A stretch of 38,928 nt of DNA, taken from an uncultured Rhodovulum sp. GTDB lineage: Bacteria; Pseudomonadota; Alphaproteobacteria; Rhodobacterales; Rhodobacteraceae. The stretch's first letter is position 1; each line of letters begins with the position of its first letter. The notes below the pieces were generated by a model. It was not told where the DNA came from. It worked only from the letters and a program-made list of their open reading frames with translations, and did no database searches. The stretch lies in the NCBI GenBank assembly GCA_946221765.1, contig CAMIMK010000001.1, positions 1-38,928 of the forward strand. The letters are read 5' to 3'. Shown in pieces: positions 1 to 10,187 of the stretch. A program made the translations under genes and the position numbers.

Positions 1-507
1 GACCGACGGCCATTCGTCTACACCCGGATTCTCCACCACCTTGACGGACGTGACCAGTGGATCGAGCGACCGGAACTTCGCGCGATTGCCCAGCACGAGA
101 CGCGCGGACACATGCCCTCGGATCTGGGCCGCTATCTGTTTGCTGCCGTGTTCGGGACCGTCCGTGGTTACAGCCCGAAGGCTGCTGAATTTCCCTTGGT
201 GATCAGCCCAGATCACCGCAACTGGCACAGCGGTGTCTTCAACGACCGCTTCCGGGTTCAGCTGGCGGACGAGGCATCGACCACGGTCACGAGCCACATC
301 TCGAAAGATGGCCACTACTTCATCCATCCCGATCCGATCCAGTGCCGCAGCCTGACCGTTCGCGAGGCGGCCCGCCTGCAGACCTTCCCCGACGACTACC
401 TATTTCTCGGCAACCGCACACAGCAGTATGTCCAGGTCGGAAACGCCGTGCCGCCGTTTCTTGCAAGGAAGATCGCTGCGCTAGTGCTATCTACGCTGAA
501 ACGGTGA
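1..507 (+). CDS. dcm: DNA (cytosine-5)-methyltransferase, 3' part (5' end outside window)
   Basis: Frame is open from base 1. C5-MTase motif IX (RSLTVREAARLQTFPDDY) and motif X (QQYVQVGNAVPP), preceded by TTVTSHISKDGHYFIHPD. Convergent with the MORC/Z1/AIPR operon, a usual context. Confidence 0.93.
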   Translation, partial: DRRPFVYTRILHHLDGRDQWIERPELRAIAQHETRGHMPSDLGRYLFAAVFGTVRGYSPKAAEFPLVISPDHRNWHSGVFNDRFRVQLADEASTTVTSHISKDGHYFIHPDPIQCRSLTVREAARLQTFPDDYLFLGNRTQQYVQVGNAVPPFLARKIAALVLSTLKR

Positions 508-575
508 AAACCACCCATATGTAGTGACGGGCTCCAGGCCAGAATTTGCGACAACGCCGATGTCAGGCATCATGA

Positions 576-2390
576 TTATCGCAGCTCTTGGATTGAACCC
601 CGCGGAACAGGGAATTCAGCGGATCGAACCTTCGCCCACGTGTCCGCACGCTTCCCTACCTCCGAAATCTGCTGGCCCGGAGCGATCCTGTTGAACTCGG
701 CGTTCACGACAACGGCCCAGTCCCAGAGCAGGTCCCGCAGACCAGCTGAAATCCCTTGCCGCATCCAGATCTGCTCGAGGTCGAGCTTGTCGCCAAGTCG
801 GTCAGCGGCCACCGAAACGACGTACGTGGCGATGTTCACCCATCCTTGGCGGAACACCTCCTTCGCCTCCTTCGTCTTGATCATGCTTTCAATTGCCTTG
901 AACAGAATGACCTTGGCGATCATCGCCCGATACCAGCGGGCATCGAGTGGGCTGGGCACAATGGTCGGATCGTCATCGAGAGCAGCCATGAAGGCCGCGA
1001 AGTTCTTCTCGCCAGCCATGGCGACCTGGTTCGGCTTGCAGCGCCACGCTTCATGGTACTTGGCGATGTCGTTCTTGGTCAGCTTGCGTTTCGGCGGGAT
1101 CATCTCCTTCAGGTTTCGCCTTTTGGCCGGCGTGGTGCCTTCTCTCAGAAGCATGACGTTGTAGGCGCCAGCTGCGCGCTCGTAGAACCATCGCGTTGCA
1201 CCGTCAGGGCACCACGTGTCGTTCGCGAGTTTCTCAAGCTCTCGATGGAACGGGCGGTTTGCCGACAGGTCGGACATTTTCACCGCGTTCTGACTGTTCG
1301 CATAGCGGGACACGTTGCTGATCAGTCTCTCGCGCGCTTCGTCCTGCGATCCCTTGAGGATGATGATCTTGGCCGGGACCATGACGTGGCTCAGATCGAT
1401 GGTGCGATCATCGCGGGATGAGAAGTAGATGGTCGAGGTCGTCTGGCCGCCGTTCACGATCTGCAGACCCTTCAGGAAGGACAGGCCCAGATTCCCGTCC
1501 TCAGTCCGCTCGAAGGCCGCTTCGTCGCAGACAAGCACGAGGCCATTGTTGAAGGCGAGGAAGTGCTCCGGTTCCTTTCGCAGCGTTTCGACGATGCCCT
1601 TGTTGACCGCGCGCTTGTTCCCCAGAAAGGTGCGGATATTGGCTTCGAGCAGGGTCGTCCCGTAGCGCAGATAGAGATCCCGGATGAGCTGCCCGGGAAT
1701 GGCAGTAAGGGCATACTCGTAGTCAGCATCAGGGTCTGGGACATGTACGCAGGGAAGCGCCCGACCGATCGACTGGACGAAACTCACGGCCAGCTCGTCT
1801 CGCGGTTTGCCCTCGGTGTGGCGGAACAGCCTCTCCATATCCATGGCCTCGACGGCCACCATCTTCTGGTGAACCTCTTTGTTCGAGAACCGCTTGGTCT
1901 TGGTCTTGCCATCGGTGATCACGAACACACGAAGTCGGTCGATGTCGCCCCAGCGAGAACGAATGGTCGCAACCAGATCCCTGACCGGATGCGTCGGATC
2001 GATCCTTGCATCGAGGTTGCCGCTTGCCGCTCGAAACAGAAAGCGAACGCCTTCGCTTGCGGTTGCGGTCGCATCCGAGTCCCTGAGATCGTTCAGTTCT
2101 TCGGTCCCGAAATAGTGGGTCACGAAGAGGTCGAGAGCCGTTTCATCGGAGCTGAGCGCATAGCCCGTAATGCGGAGTTTCGCGTTGCCGACCTTGCCGC
2201 TCCAGTGACAAACGGTTGGTGCCTCGCAGATCCCGGTTTCTGCGACATGCTCCATGACCATTTCCGCAAAGACGAGCTCATCCGAAGGAAAGGGGCCTTC
2301 GCCGGCCTCTACGCGCTCGGCGATGATTGTCTGCAGATCGGAACGAAAGTTGCGGTGAAAATCATCGAGGCTCATGTCAATCCAGTCCAA
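576..2390 (-). CDS. mzaE: AIPR family protein (Mza system, last gene)
   Basis: AIPR motifs LLEANIRTFL, FLAFNNGL, LQIVNGGQTT, YANSQNAV, WFYERAAGAY. Start is TTG 2390 or ATG 2375. Confidence 0.9.
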   Translation of the reverse strand: MDWIDMSLDDFHRNFRSDLQTIIAERVEAGEGPFPSDELVFAEMVMEHVAETGICEAPTVCHWSGKVGNAKLRITGYALSSDETALDLFVTHYFGTEELNDLRDSDATATASEGVRFLFRAASGNLDARIDPTHPVRDLVATIRSRWGDIDRLRVFVITDGKTKTKRFSNKEVHQKMVAVEAMDMERLFRHTEGKPRDELAVSFVQSIGRALPCVHVPDPDADYEYALTAIPGQLIRDLYLRYGTTLLEANIRTFLGNKRAVNKGIVETLRKEPEHFLAFNNGLVLVCDEAAFERTEDGNLGLSFLKGLQIVNGGQTTSTIYFSSRDDRTIDLSHVMVPAKIIILKGSQDEARERLISNVSRYANSQNAVKMSDLSANRPFHRELEKLANDTWCPDGATRWFYERAAGAYNVMLLREGTTPAKRRNLKEMIPPKRKLTKNDIAKYHEAWRCKPNQVAMAGEKNFAAFMAALDDDPTIVPSPLDARWYRAMIAKVILFKAIESMIKTKEAKEVFRQGWVNIATYVVSVAADRLGDKLDLEQIWMRQGISAGLRDLLWDWAVVVNAEFNRIAPGQQISEVGKRADTWAKVRSAEFPVPRGSIQELR

Positions 2391-3381
2391 ATTCGTTGAT
2401 CAACTCCGAAAGTCCGATCGAGGGAACTTCGAGCGCGTCGAGGTCGAGCACATAGGCAGCTGAGCGGATGGCAGCTGGAAGCGCCGCGCGCGTGAGACGC
2501 GGCATGTCACCTTCCGCGCGGAACGCCCTTGCGTCCTTCAATGTCAGTGTGCGCCCGTAGAGCGCTGCATGCTCGTCGAGGTACCCCATCACCATGAGCA
2601 GTGCTTCGAACCCGCGTTGCACTCCGACCAGTCCGAACCTCTTTCGAAGTTCAGTCACAAGACTGACGAGCGAGATCCCATCGGTGGTTTCCTCGAAGCG
2701 GAAGGCGCACAGGAAGATCGGCGCCCGGTCACCATCCAGCTGTTCGATGCTGTTGATCCGCGCGAGGAAACTGCCGGTGCGGATCGTGCTCTTCACCTCT
2801 ACAGCGCCCCCCCGAACGTGGAAGTCCTGCGCCGCTCGCAACGGTCCCTGCCAGCAGTCGAGAGCACCCGCCCCAAGGGAAGTGTCCGCCAGCAATCTGA
2901 GCATCCAAAGCTCGCCGAGCAGGCCGATCTGCGCGTCGGACGAAAGAGGGCGGTGTGATCGGGCCATGAAAGCCTGCCACTCCCTGACCCGCTCGAGGAA
3001 CGCCTCCATAACGTCGCGGCCCGCGCCGTTGGCTGCAGTCTCCAGCGCTCTCAAGACATCCACGACCATGATGGCGAAGATGTCGGGTGAGCCCTCTGGC
3101 CGCCTGACGAGAGCAATCGCCGTCTTGCCTGCGAATACGGTCTGCCCCTCGATGCAGGCGACGTCGAAGCCCTTGCCTTCAGGAAGCCTTGCTGGGTTCA
3201 CCGGCCAAGATCCCGGAAAGGAGACGATCAGCGCCTCCCGCCCGAGTGGAAACTGACAACCCGCCTCAACCGAGACCGCGCCCATATCGGTGAGATGTAC
3301 AAACCGCCAGTCTTCCGCCGCTTCCTGTCGCGCGAGCGCTCGCCAGGCACGAGCAATCCCCTCTTCAGTCCACCCAGTCAT
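2377..3381 (-). CDS. mzaD: PD-(D/E)XK motif protein (DUF4420-like), Mza system
   Basis: GLLGELW...WQGP...QDF...AVEVKST...INSIEQL signature. Start placed at ATG 3381 (MTGW), overlapping the Z1 gene end. Confidence 0.88.
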   Translation of the reverse strand: MTGWTEEGIARAWRALARQEAAEDWRFVHLTDMGAVSVEAGCQFPLGREALIVSFPGSWPVNPARLPEGKGFDVACIEGQTVFAGKTAIALVRRPEGSPDIFAIMVVDVLRALETAANGAGRDVMEAFLERVREWQAFMARSHRPLSSDAQIGLLGELWMLRLLADTSLGAGALDCWQGPLRAAQDFHVRGGAVEVKSTIRTGSFLARINSIEQLDGDRAPIFLCAFRFEETTDGISLVSLVTELRKRFGLVGVQRGFEALLMVMGYLDEHAALYGRTLTLKDARAFRAEGDMPRLTRAALPAAIRSAAYVLDLDALEVPSIGLSELINEFGLD

Positions 3382-6232
3382 TGAGGCCCCCCCACAGTAC
3401 GCTGTTGGCAATGTACCTCGAGTTGGAGACCCTTCTCTCGGAAGTGCTTGACGGAAAACTGATTGCCCAGGCCACGACGGGATCGGCATCCTTCAGTTCA
3501 TCGACACCCGCACCCTCGGGATCGAGCAGATAGAGCATGAGAAGGCCTCGTTCCCGACGAGTCGGAATGCCCGCTTCGGCGACGCCTTCCCCGAGTACGT
3601 GACGGATCTGTGGGCCTCTCGGTTCGGACGGCGGCTCCTTGCCTTCGTTTCGATCCGTGTCGTTGCGCCAGGTCTTCTGGCTGAGTTCGAGCGCTGCCTT
3701 CCATTCCGCCTCGGTCAGATCGATGGCCTGATCGCGAGGCGAGATCAGCGTCTTGATCGAGTATCGATCGGTATGTTCGGTGGTGCGCTTGCGCTGGAGC
3801 ATGTTGACCGAGCAACCGCCTACTTTGCGGTGCTTGTCGTCCGGACCGCTGTCCTTCCCGATCAGCGCGACGGTCCAGCTCGTGAGCTCGCGATCCTTGT
3901 TCATTTCCTCGATGAAGTCCGCAATCAGCGGACTCATGATCCTGAAGCTGGCGGAGTGGGTCCTGTAGTCCCGCAGAAACGAGATGACGTTCAGGGCTGA
4001 CACATTCCGCCAGAGGTGACCGTTCCACTTCTGACCTTGTGGAACGAAATGCTGATCGTTCAGATCCGTCGATGGACCGAGTGCGCTGATGAACCGATCC
4101 GTGGCATTGAAGTTTGCAGTGATGTCCTCCTTGCGGTTGGGAAACACGATGGTCTGCAAAAGGTCGCCCGAGTAGGTCAGCTGCATCGCGCGAGCGTTTC
4201 TCATCTTGGCCCGAGAGGTCACCGTCAGCACGGAATGCGATTTCACCCGCAGACCGAACTGTTTTGGCGTAGCGCCGGCCGCGACCATGTTGTCAAACTC
4301 CTGGCGGAGCTCTTCTGCGGCATCGGCGATGTGGCCGAACCACTCCACCATTTCCTGCGATGTGTAGAGGCGGCAGACATCGAGGTAGCCGTCGCGATAG
4401 CCGAACCATCGCCCCATCTGCATTAGCGTGTCGTACATGCGTGCGGTTCGAAGGAAGTAGCTCGTGCAGAGACCCTCGAGCGTCAGACCACGCGCCAGCT
4501 TGTCGCCGCCGATGGCAATCACCTTAAGGCCGGTGCCATCATTTTCGGCGTAGTCGAGTGCGTCCTTGGCCGTGCCGTTGATCTCGCGGACGCGAATGTC
4601 GGACAGTACGTCGGGGAGGACGGCACGAATGTCGGCCCACGAGAAGTCCTCCAGCGTTTCACCCTCGACGAGGGCGGAACGGATCCCCTGCATCCCTGGC
4701 AGAAAGGTTTCCTGATACTCCGTGCGCATGGACGCCTCGAGGTTCTCGAGCTCGATGCCGCGGGTGTAGCGGCCCTTCAGATCTCGCACGTACTCTGCGA
4801 CCTGGTTGACGACGGCGTTCTGCACCGAGGTGAAGCGGGTAACGTGGATGAGCATCGAGGAGTGTTTGCTGCCCTGTCCGCGCAGCTTCCTCACGGCACA
4901 GGCATAGACGAAGGAGCGGATCGCTTCTGCAAGCGAGTCCGGCACACGGTCATCCCCCTGCCATCGCGGCCGGTAGCCGTTCTTGTGTCGTGGCGGCATC
5001 CACGGCTGGAACTCATCGTCCAAAAGCGGGCGCACCAGAGGCAGGTCTTCCGGCGTGCTGGAAGCTGATCCGAAGACACGACCCGGTCCGACATAATTCG
5101 ATGGCGCCGCAAGGCTGGTGATGAAGGCTGCGGGGAAGAGATCCGGTCCGTGCTCCTGAGTCTCCCCACGGTCATGAATGAAGATGTTCGCAAAGGGTGT
5201 CGCCGTGTAGCCGACATAAGCCTTCCGCGAGAAATGGTGGAGGATCGACCGGATCAACCTGTTGATCGTCTTGGGCTCGTGTTCGAGATCCGGGTTGCCG
5301 AACTCGTCCACGACATCTTCACCGGTGTCGACAGATCCGTGATCGGACTCGTCGTCGATCACCATGAGAGGCAGGTTGGTGACGAGTTTGCGACCTGTTT
5401 CGGGGTCGACGTGATTGGCCACACGGTTGCGGATCCAGTGCAGCAGGCGCTCCAGCACCGTCTTGTTCTTCTTGACGACGAACAACCACGGTCGCTGTTC
5501 CGGGCTGATGTTCATCTTCGCGGCAACGGCCGTGTTGAAGTCGCCCTTGTCGCTCCGATTCGTTGCAGCATTGGGACGGACCGACATGTCCTTGTCGATC
5601 AGTCCGACCCCCACTGCTGGGAGCTCGTCAGCATCCGCGATGGTGGCAAAACCGAGAAACCCCTCGTCCAGGCGGATCTGGGTCTGTGCTCTGAGGTTGT
5701 TGTGCAGGCCGGCGAGCACGATGATGATCTTGTATCCAGCGTCGGCGGCCTTGCAGATCAGTCCGGTATAATTGCCTGTCTTCCCCGACTGAACGTGGCC
5801 AACGACCAGTCCGCGACGATCCCAGGCGCCTTCCCGGGTCGGGTCCTCGAGCTGTGAGAGGACTTCGTCAGTGGCGACGTCGAGCGCGTCGAGGGCTGTC
5901 CAGGGGATGCGCGCTTCCATGTACTCCGAGTAGCGCTGCCAATAGGTCCAGCCCTTCTTTCTTTCTGCATCCAGCCAGGCAACATGGTCCTCACCGCTCG
6001 ACAGGGTGGCGTTCTCGCCCACCGTGCGGCTTGACCGGCGGATCAGTTCGTCAACGAGCGCGTCCCGATCAACAAGGGCGAAATCGTCCTCCATCATGAT
6101 CGACAGCTTGGTCAGCTCCTTCTCGATCATTTCCGGAGTGACAGGGCTCTGAGCGCGTTCCGCAGCAAGGCGGAGCATGTTCTGGGCCATGGAAAGGATT
6201 AAATCGAAGGCCTTCTGGTTTGAAATCGTCAT
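3365..6232 (-). CDS. mzaC: Z1-domain SF2 helicase-like/endonuclease protein, Mza system
   Basis: Walker A GHVQSGKT, IDDESD, YVGYTATPFANIFI, HSSMLIH, GGDKLARGLTLEGL, YDTLMQMGRWFGYR. Confidence 0.93.
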   Translation of the reverse strand: MTISNQKAFDLILSMAQNMLRLAAERAQSPVTPEMIEKELTKLSIMMEDDFALVDRDALVDELIRRSSRTVGENATLSSGEDHVAWLDAERKKGWTYWQRYSEYMEARIPWTALDALDVATDEVLSQLEDPTREGAWDRRGLVVGHVQSGKTGNYTGLICKAADAGYKIIIVLAGLHNNLRAQTQIRLDEGFLGFATIADADELPAVGVGLIDKDMSVRPNAATNRSDKGDFNTAVAAKMNISPEQRPWLFVVKKNKTVLERLLHWIRNRVANHVDPETGRKLVTNLPLMVIDDESDHGSVDTGEDVVDEFGNPDLEHEPKTINRLIRSILHHFSRKAYVGYTATPFANIFIHDRGETQEHGPDLFPAAFITSLAAPSNYVGPGRVFGSASSTPEDLPLVRPLLDDEFQPWMPPRHKNGYRPRWQGDDRVPDSLAEAIRSFVYACAVRKLRGQGSKHSSMLIHVTRFTSVQNAVVNQVAEYVRDLKGRYTRGIELENLEASMRTEYQETFLPGMQGIRSALVEGETLEDFSWADIRAVLPDVLSDIRVREINGTAKDALDYAENDGTGLKVIAIGGDKLARGLTLEGLCTSYFLRTARMYDTLMQMGRWFGYRDGYLDVCRLYTSQEMVEWFGHIADAAEELRQEFDNMVAAGATPKQFGLRVKSHSVLTVTSRAKMRNARAMQLTYSGDLLQTIVFPNRKEDITANFNATDRFISALGPSTDLNDQHFVPQGQKWNGHLWRNVSALNVISFLRDYRTHSASFRIMSPLIADFIEEMNKDRELTSWTVALIGKDSGPDDKHRKVGGCSVNMLQRKRTTEHTDRYSIKTLISPRDQAIDLTEAEWKAALELSQKTWRNDTDRNEGKEPPSEPRGPQIRHVLGEGVAEAGIPTRRERGLLMLYLLDPEGAGVDELKDADPVVAWAISFPSSTSERRVSNSRYIANSVLWGGLNDWVD

Positions 6233-7731
6233 TGCGTGTCTTTCGCTGCAAGGGCTGCAACCAGGCCGAGGTGCCGGTCGAATGGGGGCGTGCGACCGAG
6301 CCGCTCGCGCGCCTCGGTCGGGCTGAGCCCGCGGAACTTCACCAGTGCTTCAAACATCGAGGACAGGGTCTCCATCACCTCGTTGTCAGCCGCTCCGGCG
6401 AAACCAGTTCTCGGCGTCTCCTTGTCTTCCGCCGTATCCAGCCAGATACGCTGCACGGGCACTGTCTCCTCGATCAGCCTCAGAAGAGCGAGGATGTCGG
6501 GCTTGAGTGGCCCGGCGCGATCGAGGATCGAGGCGACAAGATCATGGTCACGAGCGATCCGGTAAGACGTTCCTTGTGCCGAGCGCCGCACTTGCCAGGC
6601 TTCGGCGACTGCGTTCGGGCGCGTGCCTGAGGCCGGGGTCACGTGTCCCCGGTGGGCGAAGACCCGCCGCGCCGTGTCGCGTGTTTCTGTTGCGAGACGA
6701 TGAAGCTGGGATCGCAGGCGCACCGGGGGGCTGGCCGTTGATTTCAGGACATTGATCTTCCAATCGGCATCCGCGCTGTTCGGTATGTCGAGCCGGATAC
6801 GAGCGAGCCTGTGAGCTTCATCGCGCGGCCATGGCTTGCCGCCATCGCCGAGGCCAAGCCAACCCCCAGCGAGAAGGAGACGCTTGTTGCGGTAGACGTA
6901 GAAGCCCTCCTGCTGCGTCCATCCTCCGGGCCCCGCCGCCGCTTCCTGTTCGGCAGGCTTGAGCATGTCGCGATGCGGAAGGACGTGGCATTGCCCGATC
7001 ACACCGGTGGTGTGGAGGATCCGATACTCGGGGCTTTCGAGCGCCTTGCCGGGATGACCGACGAGGTACGGGTCCCAAGGCTTCAATCCTCTGCCATTCA
7101 GCGCCAAGCGCAGCATTGGCATTTGGCCATCAAGGAGCCGATGAAAGGTCATCGCAAGATGCGCCTCCACGCGATCCGCGAGCTCGATCATGTCGGTGGC
7201 CGCGAAGCCATCGGTCACGATACGGTCCAGTTTCTCCCAGAGAACGACGGTGCCGTGGGCCATCTGGTCCAGCGGCTCAAGCAGATGCTCTGATCCCGGC
7301 GCCGGCCCTTCGAAGAGCGGCCACTCGGTGCCTGGTTCCTGACCGATGAGATCGAGGTCCCAGCGCAAGCAGACGACCGGTCCCCCTTCCTTCCGACTGG
7401 CGACGGTCAGGCGACGAGCCTGAGAGAAGCTGGCCGTCTTCAGGCCCAGCCCGAAGCGCCCAAGGTCAGTGGCGGCGCGTTCAGTCCTCGGATCGCGAGC
7501 GCCAAGGCGCATGCCGGCCTCCAGAGCCGCGTCGTCCATGCCGTCACCGTCATCGACGATTCTTACCCAGCTTTCTGGACCGGCCCACTCAAGATGAACG
7601 GCGACGTCGCGTGCATTTGCAGCGATGGAATTGTCGACCAGATCGGCAAGTGCGGTGGGAGGCGAGTAGCCGAGCCCGCGCAAAGATTCGAGCATCGAAC
7701 CGGCATGCGGGGGGGCATTTCGCACGGTCAT
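6229..7731 (-). CDS. mzaB: GHKL (MORC/MutL-like) ATPase, Mza system
   Basis: LRGLGYSPPTALADLVDNSI, DDGDGM, DLGRFGLGLKTASFSQ, HGTVVLW, GFYVYRNKRLL. ATGA overlaps with both neighbours (alternative start 7737). Confidence 0.92.
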   Translation of the reverse strand: MTVRNAPPHAGSMLESLRGLGYSPPTALADLVDNSIAANARDVAVHLEWAGPESWVRIVDDGDGMDDAALEAGMRLGARDPRTERAATDLGRFGLGLKTASFSQARRLTVASRKEGGPVVCLRWDLDLIGQEPGTEWPLFEGPAPGSEHLLEPLDQMAHGTVVLWEKLDRIVTDGFAATDMIELADRVEAHLAMTFHRLLDGQMPMLRLALNGRGLKPWDPYLVGHPGKALESPEYRILHTTGVIGQCHVLPHRDMLKPAEQEAAAGPGGWTQQEGFYVYRNKRLLLAGGWLGLGDGGKPWPRDEAHRLARIRLDIPNSADADWKINVLKSTASPPVRLRSQLHRLATETRDTARRVFAHRGHVTPASGTRPNAVAEAWQVRRSAQGTSYRIARDHDLVASILDRAGPLKPDILALLRLIEETVPVQRIWLDTAEDKETPRTGFAGAADNEVMETLSSMFEALVKFRGLSPTEARERLGRTPPFDRHLGLVAALAAKDTQ

Positions 7732-10187
7732 TGGCATTGCCCCCTATCGGAGTCTACTAGACCGAGGCGGCTCAGTTTGCCAATTACTGCATTCCGGCTG
7801 GTTCCCCCTAGTTCCTGCGCAATCTCACTTGCGCTCATACCGGCTGCCCAGAGTTCTTTGAGGCGATCTATCCGACTTTCGGACCAAGACGTCAGTGTTT
7901 GACTCTTTTCTACAGGTTCCGCTGGGCTGTGCTGCTCTCGCTCGGCCGAAGAGGAAGCTTTTGACCCGCGGCTGCTGTCGTAGCCCAGCAACTCCTGGAG
8001 CCGACGCTTGCGCCCCGGATGGGAAAGGCGATCAAGGCCCTTCGCTTCGATCTGGCGAATGCGCTCGCGCGTCACGCCGTAGATCTGACCAATTTCCTCG
8101 AGGGTCATGTCAGAATCGCGCCCTATACCAAAGCGCATCCGGATCACATCAGCCTGACGTTCCGGCAGATCAGCCAGTGCGTCTGTCACGATCCTTTCGG
8201 TTTCTGCCTGGTCGAAGACATCCACTTCTGGAGGTTCGGGCAGCAGGTTGTCCCAGTCGTCAAGGCTTGCGGGATATTCGGCTTCACGCGGGATGCCGCG
8301 GAACTGTCTGACCTCGTCGATTGTCCATTCCAGATCTTCGGCGAGCTCGAGGTCGGAGACAGCGCCACCGACCCGAACGTCCAGCCTCTCGAGGGCGCGA
8401 TTAAGCTTGGTGATCTTCTCGTTACGATGCACGGGGATGCGGATCGCCGCGCCTTCATCAGCGCGCCATCGCATGATGGCCTGTCTCATCCAGTAAGTGG
8501 CGTAGATGAGGAAGCGATAACCACGTTCGGGATCAAATCGCCTTGTGGAACGCTGCAGACCCATGAACGCCACTTGGAAGACGTCCTCTGGATCCTCGCC
8601 TTCCTCCACGTTCCGCGAGGCAAACCGCCGCACGTAAGGCAGGTGCTCGCGGATAAGGTGTTCGGTAGCGGATTCGGAGATCAGGATTTCGGCTTCCAGC
8701 TCACTGGCCTCGGCTTGGCACGCTGGGAACTGCTCCAGTCTGCGGACCAACTCCTTGTGGAATGCGAGAGAGAGTTCCAATGCCTCGAGCGCAGCAAGTG
8801 CCTCTCTTCGTCGTTTGCCGTCCATTACCCGGCCAGTAGTGTGCCACGACCTCAGGGCGTCCGCGGCGGCCATTACTTCGGACGTCTCCGCATGGCCCGG
8901 TCGCGAGGGAATAATGGTTCTCAGGGAAACCGAGCCGGGGTCTCGCGAACCGTCGCGGATGCGGTCCATGACGTCGAGGATCGTTTCGACGGCGGTCTCG
9001 GAGGCTAGGATGCCCAGCTGGAGTTCCTGCTTGGCCCGCATCATTGGCTCCAGCAACTGCAGCTCTTCTGATTTGTCCATGACGAAGCGCTGTGTGCCGG
9101 GAAGCCGCGTCCGACGCGTAAGGGCTGCCTCTATCGCGTCAGCAAGGTCATCGGACGATGTGTCCGAGACGGCGTCCCAGAGGTCGGCATCATGCCCCGT
9201 CGCTTGAGCGGGATCGAAGCCAGCTGCTTCCAGGTTGCGCTGGAGATTGATGCGCAGTTCCTCGAGATCACCATTCCCTTCGCAATGGGCGACCAGGCGG
9301 TCGATATCGTCGAGGGAGCACCGACCCTTTGCCAGAATCTCCTCTGCCCAGGTGAAGCAGAGATCTGGGTCGATCGACATCCGCGTGCCGGTCTGGACGA
9401 CCGCTCGTTTGACCGATTGTCGGCCGCGGTTGCGGACCTGCAGGAAGTCACTCTCTGCACCGTGATCGGCGGCCGCAGCGGCACTGGAGCCGATGCCCTC
9501 TCCGGAAATTGGTGCTTGTGAAAGGTCGAGATCCCAATCCCCGTCCTCGTCATCCGAAACCACGGGTGACGAACTGACGAGCGCAACGAATGTCCCCGAT
9601 GCCGTATCGCCCGCGTACTGATCGAAGAATTCCTCTGGTTCTGCCTCAGCTTCGAAATTCAGCAGGTCATCCAGGTCGTCAACCCTATCGGCTGGCTCAG
9701 TCTCCTGAATTCCCGCGAAACGGTGCTCCCGAACTGCATTGTGCCCGGCAACGACAGAGTCGACCACGAGTGAAACCTCGCGCTCGCTAACCGTCTCCGT
9801 CTCCGTCTCCGTCTCCGTCTCCGTCTCCGTTTCCGGCGACCCCGCAACAAGCGAAGACAGAAGCTGCGCGGTGAGACCGTGACCTTCGGCAAATGCCACA
9901 TCAGCAGGCGTCTGTCGGTCGTGGTTCAGTACGCCGGGGTCAGCACCCGACCGAATGAAGAGATCGCAAACGGCAAGATTGCCCATGCGCGCAGCAAGGT
10001 GGAGCGGCGTATCTCCCTTAGGGTCGGCCGCGTGGAGGCGGGAGGATGCCGCAAAATCGGCAAGCCGCTCGAGCTTCCCTTCGGCGATCAGCCGGATCTC
10101 GAAAGGGCCAAGAACATGGCTCTCCGGTTCGCTCGTCGCCTCGTCGCGACTGCCGAAGATGCGGGACAGTCTATCCATGATCTTCAT
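7728..10187 (-). CDS. mzaA: Ankyrin-repeat / sigma-70 family protein with C-terminal GcrA-like HTH, Mza system
   Basis: Ankyrin GDTPLHLAARMGN. Sigma region 2 RFDPERGYRFLIYATYWMRQAI...IRIPVH. Region 4 MTLEEIGQIYGVTRERIRQIEAK. Terminal SWSESRIDRLKELW...SRNAVIGKLSRLGL. SD GGAGG before ATG 10187. Confidence 0.9.
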   Translation of the reverse strand: MKIMDRLSRIFGSRDEATSEPESHVLGPFEIRLIAEGKLERLADFAASSRLHAADPKGDTPLHLAARMGNLAVCDLFIRSGADPGVLNHDRQTPADVAFAEGHGLTAQLLSSLVAGSPETETETETETETETVSEREVSLVVDSVVAGHNAVREHRFAGIQETEPADRVDDLDDLLNFEAEAEPEEFFDQYAGDTASGTFVALVSSSPVVSDDEDGDWDLDLSQAPISGEGIGSSAAAAADHGAESDFLQVRNRGRQSVKRAVVQTGTRMSIDPDLCFTWAEEILAKGRCSLDDIDRLVAHCEGNGDLEELRINLQRNLEAAGFDPAQATGHDADLWDAVSDTSSDDLADAIEAALTRRTRLPGTQRFVMDKSEELQLLEPMMRAKQELQLGILASETAVETILDVMDRIRDGSRDPGSVSLRTIIPSRPGHAETSEVMAAADALRSWHTTGRVMDGKRRREALAALEALELSLAFHKELVRRLEQFPACQAEASELEAEILISESATEHLIREHLPYVRRFASRNVEEGEDPEDVFQVAFMGLQRSTRRFDPERGYRFLIYATYWMRQAIMRWRADEGAAIRIPVHRNEKITKLNRALERLDVRVGGAVSDLELAEDLEWTIDEVRQFRGIPREAEYPASLDDWDNLLPEPPEVDVFDQAETERIVTDALADLPERQADVIRMRFGIGRDSDMTLEEIGQIYGVTRERIRQIEAKGLDRLSHPGRKRRLQELLGYDSSRGSKASSSAEREQHSPAEPVEKSQTLTSWSESRIDRLKELWAAGMSASEIAQELGGTSRNAVIGKLSRLGLVDSDRGQCQ
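9791..9832. repeat. Hexanucleotide tandem repeat (CCGTCT)6 + CCGTTT encoding (ET)7 in mzaA
   Basis: Read directly from the sequence; in frame. Confidence 0.95.
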
